From NCBI GenBank assembly GCA_964016885.1, contig OZ024762.1:7998001-8062000 (forward strand): a stretch of DNA of 64,000 bases, written 5' to 3'. Source of the DNA: Eledone cirrhosa (lineage: Eukaryota). The notes under the pieces were generated by a model. It was not told the DNA's origin and made no database searches. It saw only the letters and a list, made by a program, of their open reading frames with translations. Positions 36,943 through 51,987 of this stretch are shown here, one piece after another; position 1 is the stretch's first letter, and each line of letters starts with the position of its first letter. Made by a program: the position numbers and the translations under genes.

Positions 36943-37337
36943 TTAAGATGCCCAAGAAATGCTGTATGTCACTACAGCAGGGCTCCCCATGACTCCACTA
37001 GGCACCTATATATTGATACATACATAGAGAAAAATTACACATATATTTCTCTGAAGGGAGAGTAAGAATCGGGAGCTAAATAAATCAATGTGTTTTAGTG
37101 AGAGATACTTTCTTCTCCATCCCCACACAACCACCAACATTAACCACCACACACTGTTGGTGGGTGGGGTTAGATGGGGTCTTTTTGTTATTGTTGTTGT
37201 TGTTGTTGTTGTTGTTTTCCCCTTACAATTGACAAATAAGAACAGCTGGCTGGCTGTGTTTGTGTGTGTGAGGGGGGAGGGTATTTATCTGATTCATGCA
37301 GCTTAAGTTACTACTGTAGAATCACTTGCACAGTAGC

Positions 37338-37370
<33 letters not shown>

Positions 37371-38220
37371 GGTGGTGGTGGTGGTAGTAGTAGTAGTAAT
37401 AGTAGTAGCAGTGGTGGTGGTGGTAGTAGTAGTAGTAATAGTAGTAGCAGTGGTGGTGGTGGTAGTAGTAGTAGTATGTGAAGCAGATGAAAGATGGATT
37501 AGAAGTAGTGATGGGTAAGGAAGGCTACTAAAAGAAGCTGGATTCTTTTGTGAAGATTGTTGGATACAATAATAAAGATAATTTCTTGCTTAGGTGGCAA
37601 AACATGGTCTGACATAAGGAAATGTTAGAACTACACAAATCTTTGAGGCATGAGACATGACCCAATGCTTGATATTCTCTGAATCTGAGAAGCATTTGTA
37701 ATGGCTTTTTCTAACCCTTTTGATACCTACCAACCTTGAAACTGCCCTTGGTTCTATCATACAAACTTGATCCTTTTAAAAGTTTTTCATACTTATATAA
37801 AAAAAACCTTACATAATTTTATATGAGAACTTTTTCTTAAGTTATGCTCCAAACATCCCAATAACAAAAAAGTTAGTTATTTTACTAAATTTTTCAAAAT
37901 TCCTGATTATTTTCAAAGTAAACTGAAACACATAGGCCGGTATCTTTCATTAAAAATATGGTAACAAAAGGTTAAAGACATAGGCTGGTATCTTTCATTA
38001 AAAATATGGTAACAAAAGGTTAAAGATGCAGGCAGTATCTTTCATTAGAAATATGGAAACGAAAGGAGTTAACATTTTATGAATGTTCTAAGTGTTCTAA
38101 CCACCATTAACCATGTAAATGCCTGCAGTATTTGACACAATATGTAAATTTACTGCACAAAGTTTGATTTAAAAATACACAAATAGGAGACATCTGCACA
38201 CTAAAATAATCCCTGTAGCA

Positions 38221-38532
38221 CAGAGGTTCTCAAAGTTTTGGGGCCACTGCCCCCACCCCACCACCACCATGGCCGCATAATACCCTCAGCGTCCCCCAAC
38301 CCTATTTCCAGAGATAACTGCCTACATGCAAATTGTAAATAATATAATATATACTATGTATAAATAAATATTATATATTTTCTTTTATTTTACTAAATAT
38401 ATAATATGTATCATTTGATATTTAATATACTATTATATCATCTTTACCACCCACTGACCGCTCAAGCCCCAGCTCTCCCTGGACCTTCTCAACGCCACCC
38501 GAGGGCAGCAGCACCTACCCTGAGAACCTCTG
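38221..38532. mobile_element. hAT (Charlie-like) MITE
   Basis: TIR CAGAGGTTCTCA / TGAGAACCTCTG; 8-bp TSD ctgtagca / ctctagca. Confidence 0.9.
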
Positions 38533-40244
38533 CTCTAGCACAATGGTGAAGATTATGGCTAATACTTCAGTGAATGCAATTTAAGGCTCAACAGAGGACA
38601 TAGATGAAGCTATGCAATCTAGGAATTGAAACCTAGTTTACAGGCTTACTTCTCCAAGTCAACAGTAAACAACACTGAATGTATAGACTCAGGGCCTCCT
38701 AGAGAAATTTTGGGGCCCGAAGCAGGCAAAGATTTTTCTCAAAATGGATGTTGCATGGTTGTTGTGGGACCTTCTTAGCTATTGGGTTCCAGACAAAGTA
38801 CCAGCTGGACCCCGCTCTCATAGAATTACTGTTCTAACAGCAGTAAACAACACTGGGTTTATAGGAGTACTTCTCTAGCCCAGCAGTAAATAAAACCTAG
38901 TTTGTCTTATTTCTACCCCCCTACAAAAAAAAAGGTAAACAATACCTAGTAAAAGTGTTTTTATTTATCTAGAAACCTTCCATCATAATTTTATGTAAGA
39001 ACCTGTGTTAAGCTATGCCCAAAACACCAGATCGATAAAATGAAGTACCAGTAATTTACTGGAGTCAATATAATCAACTTAACCTTCATGATTATGACAA
39101 TGATGATGATTAACACTTTCCTTTAAATTACTGGCCTTATGCTAATGTTAGAAAAAAAATTATTATTAAAACCCCACCACCACCACCAACAACAACATGA
39201 GGTTGGTTGGTTGGTTGGATGTTTAATACCAGCTTACGATTTTACAAGAAAGCAGGTGTGTGGGGGAGGGGGTTAAAACAGCAAATAATTAGAGCAAACA
39301 CATTCGTTACCTCAAACTAATTCAAGCCATTAGTTGGCTTGGGAAAAAAAACAGAAAGAAAGAAAGAAAGAAGGTAGGAAAGAAAAGAAAGAAAGAAGTT
39401 AAGGAAAGTAATGGATGTCAACAAACAGAAAAACAAAGCTGGGATGACTGCTGCTACCATCACTGTCATTACTACTGTCACCATCACCACCACTGCTGCT
39501 ACTACTACCATCACTGCCACTATTACTACCACTACTGATATTACCATTACTACCACCACTACTACAATCACAATCACTACTACTGCCACTACTTCTACCA
39601 GCACTACCACCACCACCAGTGAGTCACCCCACCACCACATAACAATAGATACTGCCCCACCACCAGTGAAAGCTGGACAGTAATTAGACAAGAATTTCAC
39701 TAGATGACAATAAGCATGAAAGACTTGGACAGTTACAGAGCAAGAAACACCACAATTTTATATATACTCAGACGCACACACACACACACATATATGTGTG
39801 TGTATGTGTGTGTACACATATATATATGTGTGTGTGTGTGTGTATCCATGTGTGTGAGTGTGTGTATGTATGTATATATATATATATATTGTGTGTGTGA
39901 AGGATTCAGGATGCCGATGGCTGAGTTCCTGCCGTTTTAAAAGCTAGATCTGAACTGAATCGTTGGTGTTCTGGCATCGAAAATCGCTGACGTCATCAGG
40001 GGTGGGGGACAATGTCCAAGTATGGGCAATCAGTCTATACATAGAAGTTTTTAAGAAAGTTTATGAGGGGTTTTTTGGGGGGAGGGGGGGGGGTATGTAT
40101 TATAATTGTGTATGTGTATGTGTGTGTGTGTGTGTAAATGTGAATTACTAATAACTCTTAATATCTTGTAATGATTTACAGAAAATATATATATTTTAAA
40201 AAATGTCTAAAGTTTATTAATCCACTTCCAGCCCGCTGCACATG

Positions 40245-41140
40245 CCAATCACATTCATGAAGATTATGAACAGGAAAGGTGACTATACGCCCTTGGCAAA
40301 GACCAACAACACCCACATTGAATGGTTTCAACATTTATCCAAACACAAATACTAGGATATTCATATAGAAACATCAGGGAAACATGCGACTGCCTATCGA
40401 TCCCATACTCCTGCAGAACCTTCCACAGCAGGTCCTATGGAACAGTTGTATGCCTATTCAATATCTTTGTTACCGAGTGCTGCATGGGAGAAATGAAAAT
40501 CAGTGCTGCAAAGACCCAGGTGCTCTCATCTTCTCAAGGAAGCCTGCGGAGTACACACTACATGTGAATGGAGTTCCACTGAAGCAGGTGGAGAAGTTCA
40601 AGTATCTCGGGGCCGTGTTCACAAGTGATGGAAGGCAGGAGGAAGGATTAAGTGCAAGAATTGCATGAGTTGGTACAGTAATGCGCCAGCTTTAGGATTC
40701 AGTCACCAGAAGAAGGGAAGTAGGTGTAAAATCTAAACTCCCTATTTTCAATACGGTATTTGTGCCAACCTTTACCTATGTTTATGAATCTTGATTAATG
40801 AGCAAAGGAATATGATCACGAATACAAGCAGCCAAAATGGAGTTCCTCCAAAAGGTCTTTGGAGTAATGTTAGTCGATAGAGAGTGTAGCTCAGAGAGAA
40901 GAGTCGCTCTAGGTAGAGTCGCTGCTTCCCTGAATTGAGGGATCACAGCTCTGATACTATGGGCATGTGGTTATAATGTCTCAGGAAAGAATTGCTGGAC
41001 AGACTTTACAAGCAAAAAGACCCAGAGATAGACCCTGAATAAATTAGTTGGATAACATTGATGAACTCAACTGGTCTTGCTTAGGGATCCAGCAGAATCG
41101 ATTGGAGACAGTTGCTTCTGACAAGATCCACTGGAAGGCA
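40245..41140 (+). mobile_element. RTE-like LINE ORF2 3' part (family A), decayed
   Basis: ...MKISAAKTQVL...YTLHVNGVPLKQVEKFKYLGAVFTSDG: KT..(F)KYLG motifs at the end of the non-LTR RT; frameshifts and stops. Confidence 0.85.
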
Positions 41141-41294
41141 TATGAATCATGCAATTAACTTTTCCTCATCAATATATACCAAGAGAATATATTGATTTAA
41201 TTAGTGGTATATCATCTACAGCTGGCAATCCCTTTATAAGACAGTGAATGTGATGAAAGAAATTAACAAAATAGGAAAGACACAAGAATCCAGA

Positions 41295-41700
41295 GGCAGT
41301 ATCGGTAGAGGGTCAGACGCCATTCTTAGCAGCATAGAGTTACGGCCCTTTACGGTCTGAGTTCAAATCCCGCAGAGGTTAACTTTGCCTTTCATCCTTT
41401 CGAGGTTGATAAAATAAAGTACCAGTAATGCACTGGGATAATTGCTGGGCTTGTGCCAAAAGTAGAAACAATTATTATAATCAATTTAGGGTGGCGGATT
41501 GGCAGAATTGGTAGAGCATCAGACAACATGCTTTGCAGCATATAGTTAAGTCCCTTTACATTCTCAGTTCAAATCCTGCCTAGCTTAGCTTTGCATTTCA
41601 TCCTTACGGGATCAATAAAATAAAATACCAGTAACGCACTGGGATCAATTTAATCAATTTTCTCCTCCCAGAAAAAAAATTGTTCTCCTTGTGCCTAAAT
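41295..41700 (+). mobile_element. Two head-to-tail OK-type tRNA-SINEs
   Basis: A-box ggcagtatcggtaga / tggcagaattggtaga and B-box gttcaaatcc in each; the same paired arrangement occurs at 34790-35215 and 43515-43890. Confidence 0.85.
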
Positions 41701-44700
41701 CATTATCATAATCAATAGAGAGAGAATTTCAACAAAACTATCATAGGATGACTAACAAGTTGTCTTTGATTGGTTATTGAACTTGTCTTAGTTGGTGGTC
41801 TTGGGATTTCCTTGGCACTTTTCAGATATTTTTGCACACCATTTCCATGTACCGGCAAATAAATTTATTATTGCTTTCCAGAGGCTGATTCAGAGAAGAC
41901 CACCCATCATTCAGATAAGTCAATTCAACTGAATGTGAAAGTACACCATGTAATGTGTAGTTTATGTCTACCCAGGGTAGCTGTATGGCTATAAGGAGAG
42001 AGAGGTTTCTTTACACAATAATTGTTTCTATTTTTGGCACAAGGCCAGCAATTACCCAGTGCATTACTGGTACTTTATTTTATCGATCCCGTAAGGATGA
42101 AAGGCAAAGTTAACCTCGGCGGGATTTAAACTCAGAATGGCAAGGGCCGTAACTATATGCGTCAAAGCATGGCGTCCGACCCTCTACCGATACTGTGGTC
42201 TAGGAGCTCTATACATGAAACAAGGCAAAAAATAGAGCTCGATCTTATGTAGTGTCTTATGGTAGTCATTTCTCAAGAACTTCATTTTACTGATTTTCTA
42301 AAAAAAAAAAATTAAAGTAAGTGTTTGAAAAACTGACTCGATACATTGCGAACCTTGAATAAAAATGCATTGACTGCCTGGTTAGTTATGACTCACCCTC
42401 TATAATATATGTGTGTGTTACTAATGATGTTTCTATTTCTCCTACAGTTATCTCCTTACATTTATGTGTGTTGCGATTTTTTTGTTATATTTCAGGTGTT
42501 TCCCTGCCCTGTATCACTATGTACACTTTCAAGACTTGTTTCTCTGTCTAATAATTTTAAAATATAACCCATCTCTACTGTTGTTGTCTTGTCTAGTATC
42601 TTATGACTTCATACCGAATAGCTCTCCTTCCTTAGAGACTGTTGGTGCTCTGGGAAGAGCAGTACTGTTTTTTAAAGGAACCAAAACTACAAAGATGCCC
42701 AGTAGACAGCTGACTAGCAGGAATTCTCAAGTTGAGTCCCTTGTTTATCCCATGTGTTCATTTTTTTTATGGACACACACACACACCTAAATTGAATTTA
42801 TCTTTTCTCAGCAAATTAAAATATTAAAGCAGATGTGTTGCCTTTTTGTAAATTTAAAAAGAAACAGGCAAACATTGACAAATGACAGTGTGTGGGGGCT
42901 ATGTGGGGTTATGGCGGAAGAGAGTGTTAATGTGTGTGTGTGTGTGAGAGAGTGATAGAGAGAGAGTGTTAGAGTATGTGTAAGAGAGAGAAAGTGAGTG
43001 TATTAAACTATAGTATCTGTGTTGAAAGGCAATCTGACAGTGGTGGAGGTGGTGAAAGTGGAGAAGGTGGAGGAAGTGGTGGTGGTGGTGGGAACCATAC
43101 TTCTTAGTCTGACAGAGATGGAGGTGGAAAGGTAAACCTCTCTCTTCCATTTCTTAGTCTATAATTCAACACTTTGTGGTTTCAAATTCACCATTTTCTA
43201 GTTTCCTTTCATTTCCTGTTCACCTTACACTGAGTTCATTAGTGAAGTAGGGAGCAAGGGGAAAGGCTGCTCAGACACCACTGAATGGGGTTCTCCTTTA
43301 CCTGATTAATGATTAATTAATCCCTTTTGTCACTATATTTCTAATGAAATACACTACCCATGGTTTTCAAATAATTTTGAAATTAAGAATTCCAAGAGAT
43401 TTAGTAATACAACTAACTTTCTTATGTTTGGAACATAACTTAACACAGGTTCTTACATAAAATTATGGTGGAAGGTTATTTGATAAATATATATATATAT
43501 AATGATAATAATAATGGTTTCTGATTTAGGCACAAGGCCAACAATTTTGGGGAAGAGGAAAGTCAATTAAATTGACGCCAATGCATTACTGGTACTTTAT
43601 TTTATCAACCCCGTAAGGATGAAAGGCAAAGCTAACCTTGGCGGGATTTGAACTCTGCAAAGCATGGTGTCCGATGCTCTACTGATTCTGCCAATCTACT
43701 GCCCATAATAATAATAATTGTTTCTACTTTTAGCACAAGGCCAGCAATTATCTCAGTGCATTACTGGTACTTTATTTTATCGACCCCCGTAAGGATGAAA
43801 GGCAAAGTTAACCTCGACGGGATTTGAACTCAGACCGTAAAGGGACCTAACTATGCTGCAAAGCATGGCATCCGACCCTCTACCGATACTGTAATAATGG
43901 TTTCTGATTTAAGGTGGAACTTGTCAAATCGGACCAAGGAAACATTGTTTCCATCGGTCTTTCCATTGCTGATACTGTCTACCGGTAGCAACTCCTGGCA
44001 GAAAAAAGAGCAACATGAAATAAAATGTCTTGCTCAAGGACATAACCCATCGTCTGGTCTGGAAATCAAACTTGCAGCCTCATGATTGTGAATCCAATTC
44101 TCTAACCACTAAGCCACATGCTTTCACATAATAATAATAATTTCTTTATTTTTAATAATAATAATAAAATATCAATATACACTAATTGTGAACGGAAACA
44201 AAGCAGTGAAAATGATTTTGACTATATCATGGTTTTTTTATTTCATCCATCAGTTTTTTGCAACCACCTCGCCATGCTGGCATGGGTTGGACAAGATGTT
44301 TTGAGACAATATATTTTACAACTAGATGCTCTTCCTAAGGCCAAGCCTTTCAGTTGTTTCTGACACCACATATAGATATAGTGAGTTTCTTCTAAAAACT
44401 GCTATACACACTACAGTTAATATATGCAAACAGATTGCAAATTGCATGATTATTAATAAACTAATTGCTAGTTTATTAATTAATCAATGAGTGAGTTATA
44501 AATGAATCTCTTCTCTGCTAAATCCAGAACACTAATTGCAAATATTGCAGCATTTAATGCAGTACAGGTGTTCAATCATCCTAGATTAACTTTTTAATAA
44601 CGACATATAAGCAGATGGGCTCTACCACGTTTTAAAATGCACTAGAAATGCTCTATGTCAATGCAGCACCCCTACGACTTCCTCAGGAGTTACGGGTTAA

Positions 44701-47169
44701 AAGAAAAAAGAAAGATAAGGTCACTAGTAAGGAACATGGCTGTCACAGGTGAGGTACATAGCCTAATGTTGAAGTATTTAACCCCTATATATACTATTGT
44801 ATTTTTGTGGTAAAGGCTTTATCTTATATAATTATCTCACATAACATCAAATCTACGATTTTGATGTTATTTATTTTGAGAACAAACCTTAAGAGATATT
44901 ACTGATTAAAACAAGATAACAGACAACAGTAGTATGTGTCTTAATATCTTAATGGACAGAGATAGTGACATTGCCAACATTTAAATAGATTAACAAACTG
45001 CAATTACAATTTAAATAAAGTTTTCATTCAGGTGGATATGGAAGTAAGATTTGGACCAGATTTTTAACACATAAAGTAGAATAGTGGTTTCTGATTTAGG
45101 CACAAAGCCAACAATTTGGTATTTTATTTTATCGACATTGTAAGGATGGAAGGCAAAGCTAACCTCAGTGTGATTTGAACTCAGAACATAAAGGGGTGTA
45201 ACTATATGCTGTAAAACATTGTCCGATGCTTTACCAATACTGCCAATCCACTGCCCTAACATAAAGTAGATTAATGCGAAGGTTGGCTGTAAAGTTTGTA
45301 GGCTGGAGTGATGCTAGAGCTGTGAAATCTTGACGCTTTTACTTCAACTGCATTGTTTCTTTCCAGAAACTATGTTAAAAAAATAAACCTTATTTGGTCA
45401 TTGCATGAGGGTATCTTGGTCAGCCTATGAACATTTCAGCCAACCCTTGTAGAACCATTTCTGACAATAACTTATTAAAATACAGGCATGGCCCTTTAGT
45501 TAAGGAGTTTGCTTCACAAACACATAGTTTCAGGTTCAATCCCACTGTATGACCCCTTGGAGAAATACCTTACACTCACCTTGGCTACCACCTTGCTACT
45601 ACCAATACTTTGTGAGTGAAATTTGCAAGACAGAAACTATGTTAGAATAGGTACACCGTATCTTTTCAATTTGTAAAAGACGACCAAAAGGGTTAGTATA
45701 AGGAAGTGGCTGAAAAACATCTTATCTTCTTCACCTACTCACTCCTGAAAGGGTCACGGGGATAGTCCTTAAATACTCATTCCAGTGAGTCCTGTCAGAA
45801 GCAACCGTCTCCAATTGATTTGACTGGGTCCCCAAGTGAGACCAGCCAAGCTCAGGGATGTTATCCAACCATCTTGCACCGGATTAACCCCTGGGTCTCC
45901 TGCTGGTTGGTTTTACCCATAAAATCTGTCCAGCAATTATTTCCTGGGACATTTTAACCGCATGCATGCCTATAGTATTGTTGCTGTGATCTCCCAAAAA
46001 ACCCCTCCAACAAATGCAGGAAAAGGTTGAGTAAAAACAGTAGTGAAGATATTTATGTATGTGTAATAGGAGTGTGTGTGTGTACATGCCCATGTTTGGG
46101 TCAAAGCATTGGTCACTCTCTGACAGGTTTGTCATCGAACCTGTAGCAGCGGAGACTTCTAGAGTTCTAGATCCAAAGACAACTTCTCCATTCACTGCCA
46201 CTGGAGTGAGCCCCAATGAGCTGAGATAACTATTCTTCCTCGACCACGAGGTAACCTGCACCTGGGTTCCTCCACACCATCTAGGCCCACACCATTCAGG
46301 TAGCAATGTTATGACAGTACTAAATACTTTATTTCTCCTATCTTCTCTCCTAAAACATTTCTTTTTTTTTTCTTTTACTGTTGGTTAATATCCCATAACT
46401 TGGCAGTTCAACAAAAAGAGATAGATAATGTAAACATCAGACTTGAAAATAAAATTTAAAAAAAAAAGGTACTGGGTCCAATATGGTGATCAAGCTAAAT
46501 TCCTTGAAGGTGGCCCCAGCATGGCCACAGTCTAATGACTGAAACTAATGCAAGAATAAAAGAATAAAATGTTAGGTGATGAAGCCATTAAAGTACACGT
46601 TTTTGATAATGTGAAAACAAAGAACAACAGCTAACATCTGTTTCAATGACGTTCGCATCATAACTGTTGCTATGACAACCACAACCACCAGCACCGCATT
46701 AATAATGGTGGTGGTGGTGGTGCTAGAAGATATCACTGAAGGTGATAAGCTACAAAGACCAAAGAATGTTGTTAAGGGATGAGAAAGTAATAGAATTTAG
46801 CCAACACCACAACTAATTCTCTTAATCCTTCATAATCTGCTAAGCCATAATTTCTAACAACTAAAATCTATTTGTTAAAAACAAAAACACAATGAAAGAG
46901 AAAAGAAATTCAAAAACAATAATAAATAAGTAAATAGAATTTAAACAATTCAAATGTTATAAAAAGATGAAAAGATATTAAAAAAGGCAATATTTAGACT
47001 AAATAGAGACTTCATAACTCTTAACAGAGAGGTAGGGGCAACTTCTTGGATATACACATTTTCCCCTGTACTTCGGCTTTGTATACAAGCTCACTGGACA
47101 GATATCGGATTCCATCTCTACAATCACATTCACGAGGTTTGTGGAGCATGGTGTTAATGTCACTTATTG

Positions 47170-47385
47170 AGACTGTAAGGTGTAATTTAGTCGCCTGTTG
47201 ACATTGTAAGATGTAATTGGTCAACTGGTGAGACTAAGGTGTGGTCACCTGCTGAGACTAAGGTGTCAATTGGTCAACTGTTGAGACTAAGGTGTCAACT
47301 GGTCACCTTGTTGAAACTCTAAGGTGTCAATTGGTCACCTTGTTGAAACTCTAAGGTGTCAATTGGTCACCTTGTTGAGACTAAA
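47170..47385. repeat. ~28-31-bp minisatellite
   Basis: ttggtcaccttgttgagactaaggtgtcaa variants. Confidence 0.85.
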
Positions 47386-48181
47386 ATGAAAAAGGGGAAA
47401 TTACCAAAAGTATAAACGGAATTAAGGTAAATTTATGCCCCTACATATTGTACTAATTCACATGTCCCATTTATGTGTGTTTATTTTGATGGGAAAAAAT
47501 TAAATATCAAGCTATCAGCTGTATTACAGATTAGCATTATAACAGGTGGAAATCACATCCTACCCCATCTCACTTTGGCCATCTCTACCTCTCCTCCATA
47601 ACGTAATGGTTGTTTTGATTCAGTGAGTTTGAGACCCCTGTTCTGTCTTATTAAACAACACCTAACAGTTTTCTTGAACCTGCTTCTAATTCCAAGTTTG
47701 TTCACCAAACATCTACCATGCATTACTGAATGACTAGAGCAATGAAATTGTTGCTTACACAAAATTATGATGGACAGATTTTAGATAAATATAAACACTT
47801 TAACCCTTTTATGAGCATATTTCTAATAAAATACACAGTATTTGAATTAATTATCCTTTTCTTATTATATTTCTAATGAAATACATCACTTATATGTTTT
47901 TCAATTAATTTTGTATATAATTTGTATATAATGAACAATTAGTAAAATAACCCTTTAGCATTTAAATCAACTTTATCTGGCCAGAATTCTCTCACCTCTT
48001 TCTGTTCAAACCAGCTGTAACCAGTCCCTCATACTGATGTTGAAGTATTGTTTTCAAAATAAATAGCACCAAAATCTTTACCACAAAAATACAATAGTAA
48101 ATATAAAGTAATGTCAACAAATGCTAGAGGATTAATAAAGTGGTGTTTAGTACATATTCTTCCATAACATCTTTTATTTAA

Positions 48182-48392
48182 CCCTTCAGCATTTACATTA
48201 TTACCCTATATTTACTATTACATCTTCATGATAAAGGTTTTACCTCACATTATATTGAATCTATGAGATTTTGATATAATTTATTTGGAGAACAATACCT
48301 TAACATAAGTATGAGCAGCCAGTTACAGCCGGTTTGAACAGAAAGAGGTGGGAGAATTCTGGACGGATATGGCCGATTTAAATGCTAAAGGG
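48182..48392 (-). mobile_element. Complete piggyBac-type MITE family 1 (~210 bp)
   Basis: TTAA-CCCTTCAGCATTTA ... TAAATGCTAAAGGG-TTAA: TTAA duplication and CCC/GGG termini characteristic of piggyBac. Confidence 0.9.
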
Positions 48393-48931
48393 TTAAAAAG
48401 GAATACTTTAAAATGAGAGGAATGTCGTCATTGAATTGAGGTAATTTTGGGAGGGTTGGTATCAAAAAGGCTAATGAAAAATTTGGAGGGATTCAGTAAA
48501 ATCATTAATTATTTCAGTATAAAGATGGTATTTGCATCATAACTTTAGAAAAGGTTCTTATATTGTGTTGGAAGATTTTAATTTAAACAGGAAGCTTTTT
48601 AAATGGGTTATTTTGTTTCACAGAACCTAATGGTGATTTGGAGGTGGTTCATGTCAAAAGAGCTAAATTACAGGTAAACTTCGGCTTATATCATCCTGAG
48701 CTTCATCATTTTCTAAGTTAACGGCAATATTTTCTTAATATTATATACCAAAAATAAACCTTGTATTATATTGACTTAGATATTAAACCATAAAAAACGC
48801 TTTTAAAAACCCATTAAAACATATCAAATAATTTAAATAAATGCTAAAATATACAGCTTAAAGTAATGTAAAGAATGCCTATCAACAGTTTATAGGTGGG
48901 TTAATTCGTCTTAAGTCGTTTTTCAACTTAA

Positions 48932-49584
48932 CCTTTTAGTATTCACATTACTCTATATATATACTGTTATATTTTCATGGTAAAGGCTTTACCTCGCATA
49001 ATTATCTCACATAATATCGAATCTATGAGATTTTGAAAGTATTTATTTTGAGAACAATACTTTAACATCAGTTTGAGCGACCAGTTACAGCCAGTTTCAA
49101 CAGATAGAAGTAGAGAATTCTGGCCGGTTTGAACATTAAAGGGTTAACCCTTTAGTATTTACATCACTCTATATGTACTATTGTATTTTTGTGATATGGG
49201 CTTTACTTACATAATTATCTCACATTATATTGAATCTATGATGAATCTTTGATGGCGGTGGATTGGCAGTATCGGTAGAGGGTCGGACACCATGATTTGA
49301 CACATAGAGTTATGGCCTTTGCCATTCTGAGTTCAAATCCCGCTGAGGTTAACTTTGCCTTTCATCCTTACAGGGTCGATAAAATAAAGTACCAGTAATA
49401 CACTGGGTATTTGCTGGCCTTGTACCAAAAAGTAGAAACAATTATATTGAATCTATGAGACTTTGATATTATTTATTTTGAGAACAATATCTTAACATCA
49501 ATATAAGCGGCCGGTTATAGCCGATTCAAACAGAAAGAGGTAAGAGAATTCTGGCTGGATACAGCTGGTTTAAATGCTAAAGGG
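48932..49584 (-). mobile_element. Two tandem family-1 MITEs sharing a TTAA (49144-49147); the second carries a SINE insertion
   Basis: SINE at ~49250-49440 flanked by 18-bp TSD attatattgaatctatga (49224-49241, 49441-49458). Confidence 0.88.
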
Positions 49585-49781
49585 TTAAGTCATTTTTCAA
49601 CTTTAGTCTTGACTTCTGGAACCATTTAATGACATATGTTGTAGTACATCTGCAGACAGAATCAGGAGCAGTCTAGTTTGGTATGAAATAGTTAATACCA
49701 TCAAACTAACAGAAACAAAACTTATAAAATTGTATAGAAAATTATGTTAGTGTGTCTAACTCTGAAAATAAATATTTACAT

Positions 49782-49843
<62 letters not shown>

Positions 49844-50033
49844 TTTAAAATAAGTGGAGAAAAAAACCAAACAAACAAAAAAACTTATTAGAATCTACTA
49901 AGTCAGAAAACAAAAAAACTATTTAATATCATTGAAGTAGAACTATTCAATTGAATGTTTTGCAGGCTGGAAATGGTGACAGACTAAGAAAATAGTATCT
50001 ATATAAACCACACATGCCCACCCATCCAACTCA

Positions 50034-50072
<39 letters not shown>

Positions 50073-51100
50073 ACCTTTGTTTGGGGCTTTTTCCTTAGTT
50101 TAAATGAATGTTAGCCCAATGGTGTATAGAAATTAATGTACAAAGTCCTAAACAGAATTTGTCAAGCACAGCACAGCCATAGAGTCATTGAAAAAGATGA
50201 GAGTATGTTAAAGCCTTTTCTTTCTATTTCACACTAACCAAACAAAAGATAGTGTGAGTGTGTATCTTTTTTCTTTTTGTCGTATGACATATGCATAGTT
50301 GCTAGAGAGGCAGGGTGTGACTGACAAGCCAGACCAAGGCCTCATTTGGAACATTATGGATTGCCTCCATGCCACCGGGGAAATGTCTGTGTGTAGTGTG
50401 ATGTAATTTGGTATAGGATATCCAAAGTTAGAAGAACACACACACCATGGGAGAAGTTGTGGTATACAGATATTTATGACACTAACTCTGCTGTCGTTCC
50501 AGGAACACACGTTTCACTGGATGTCACTTTCTGAACCAGGGGCCTAATTCATCAGCCTTTATCAACAACACAACATTTACAAAAGCCCATGCCAACAGGG
50601 AAAACAAATGTTAAATGATGATGATGATGATGATGGCGTGTGTGAGTGCGTTGCCTTGTTAAAGAGAAATCAATAAAATAATTACCGGACTTACAAACAG
50701 TGAGGGAGAGGGGGGAAGGTCACAGGGTCAAAAAGATGGACTAAAACTACTTTATGGCAGTGCTCCAGCATGGCCACAGAAGTGCCCTCCAAATGGGTGC
50801 AGAAGTGCCCCAGCAGTTTTATGAGAAACTAGTAAAACTAAAGAAAACATCGCCCCATATATAGTTAAATGGTTTGTAACTTTATTTTACTATTGGCAGT
50901 ATCAGTAGAATGTCAGACACCATGCTTTGCAACACAGAGTTATGGCCCTTTACGGTCTGAGTTCAAATCCCGCCGAAGTTAACTTTGCCTTTCATCCTTA
51001 CAGGGGTCGATAAAATAAAGTACCAGTAATACACTGGGGTAATTGCTGGCCTTGTGCCTAAAGTAGAAACAATTATTATTATCATTATCATACACACACC

Positions 51101-51151
<51 letters not shown>

Positions 51152-51479
51152 CCAAATCAGGGATGGTAACAGCAGGAATATAGAGATGGGGGGAAGGAAT
51201 GCAGGTGAGTGTGACTGTGATGGTGAGGGGTGGGAGGCATGCAGGTAAGTGATGGTGGTGGAGGGAGCATGCAAGTGAGTGTGACTTTGATGGTGAGGGG
51301 TGGTTGAGATGGAGGGGACATGCAGGTGAGTGTGACTGTGTGGATGAGGGTGGAGATGTGGAGGGAGGGGGGAGGGGGTCTGTGATTAAGAAGCCAGAAT
51401 AGCTGATGAGTGATCACATAAACTGTGGGGGGTGGGGAGGAGGAAGTGATGTGGCCTGATGTCCTGCTCAGGAATATGA

Positions 51480-51812
51480 TGATGGTGGTGGTGGTGGTGG
51501 TGGAGGTTTTGTAGCAGTGGGAGTGGTGTGGAACAGTGGTGGAGGTGATAGTGGTGGTGGTGGCAGTGGTGGAGGTGGTGGTTGTGTGGCACAGTGGTGA
51601 ATGGTGATGGAGGTGGTGGTGGTTGTGTAGCAGTGGTAGTGGTGGTGTGTGGTGGCAGTGATGGTGTGGCACAGTGGCGAATGGTGATGGAGGTGGTGGT
51701 GTGTGATGGCAGCGGTGGTGGTAGTGGTGGTGGTGGTTGTGGTGTAGCACAGTGGTAAATGATGGTGTGTTGGCAGTGATGGAAGTTGTGTAGCAGTGGT
51801 GGTGGATGGTGG
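51480..51812. repeat. (GGT)-rich compound repeat
   Basis: Direct inspection. Confidence 0.85.
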
Positions 51813-51987
51813 ATGTGAAATTAATCCCCATTCAATAATGTCCCAAACCATCTAAAAACTAACACTTACTTCCTACCACACCACCACACCACTACCCCAC
51901 CACTGATTATATTTCTGGAATTTCTGAGTCTCACAGGAGGGGGATATTAAGACTAAGTGAGATGACAAATGGTTTCTTTCAATCTAC

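Noticed and set aside
50515-50560. Minus-strand CUGAUGA...GAAA (similar strings at ~30815-30850 and 55850-55895)
   Set aside because: Stem registers do not fit the hammerhead core, or GAAA is altered, and stem I is missing.
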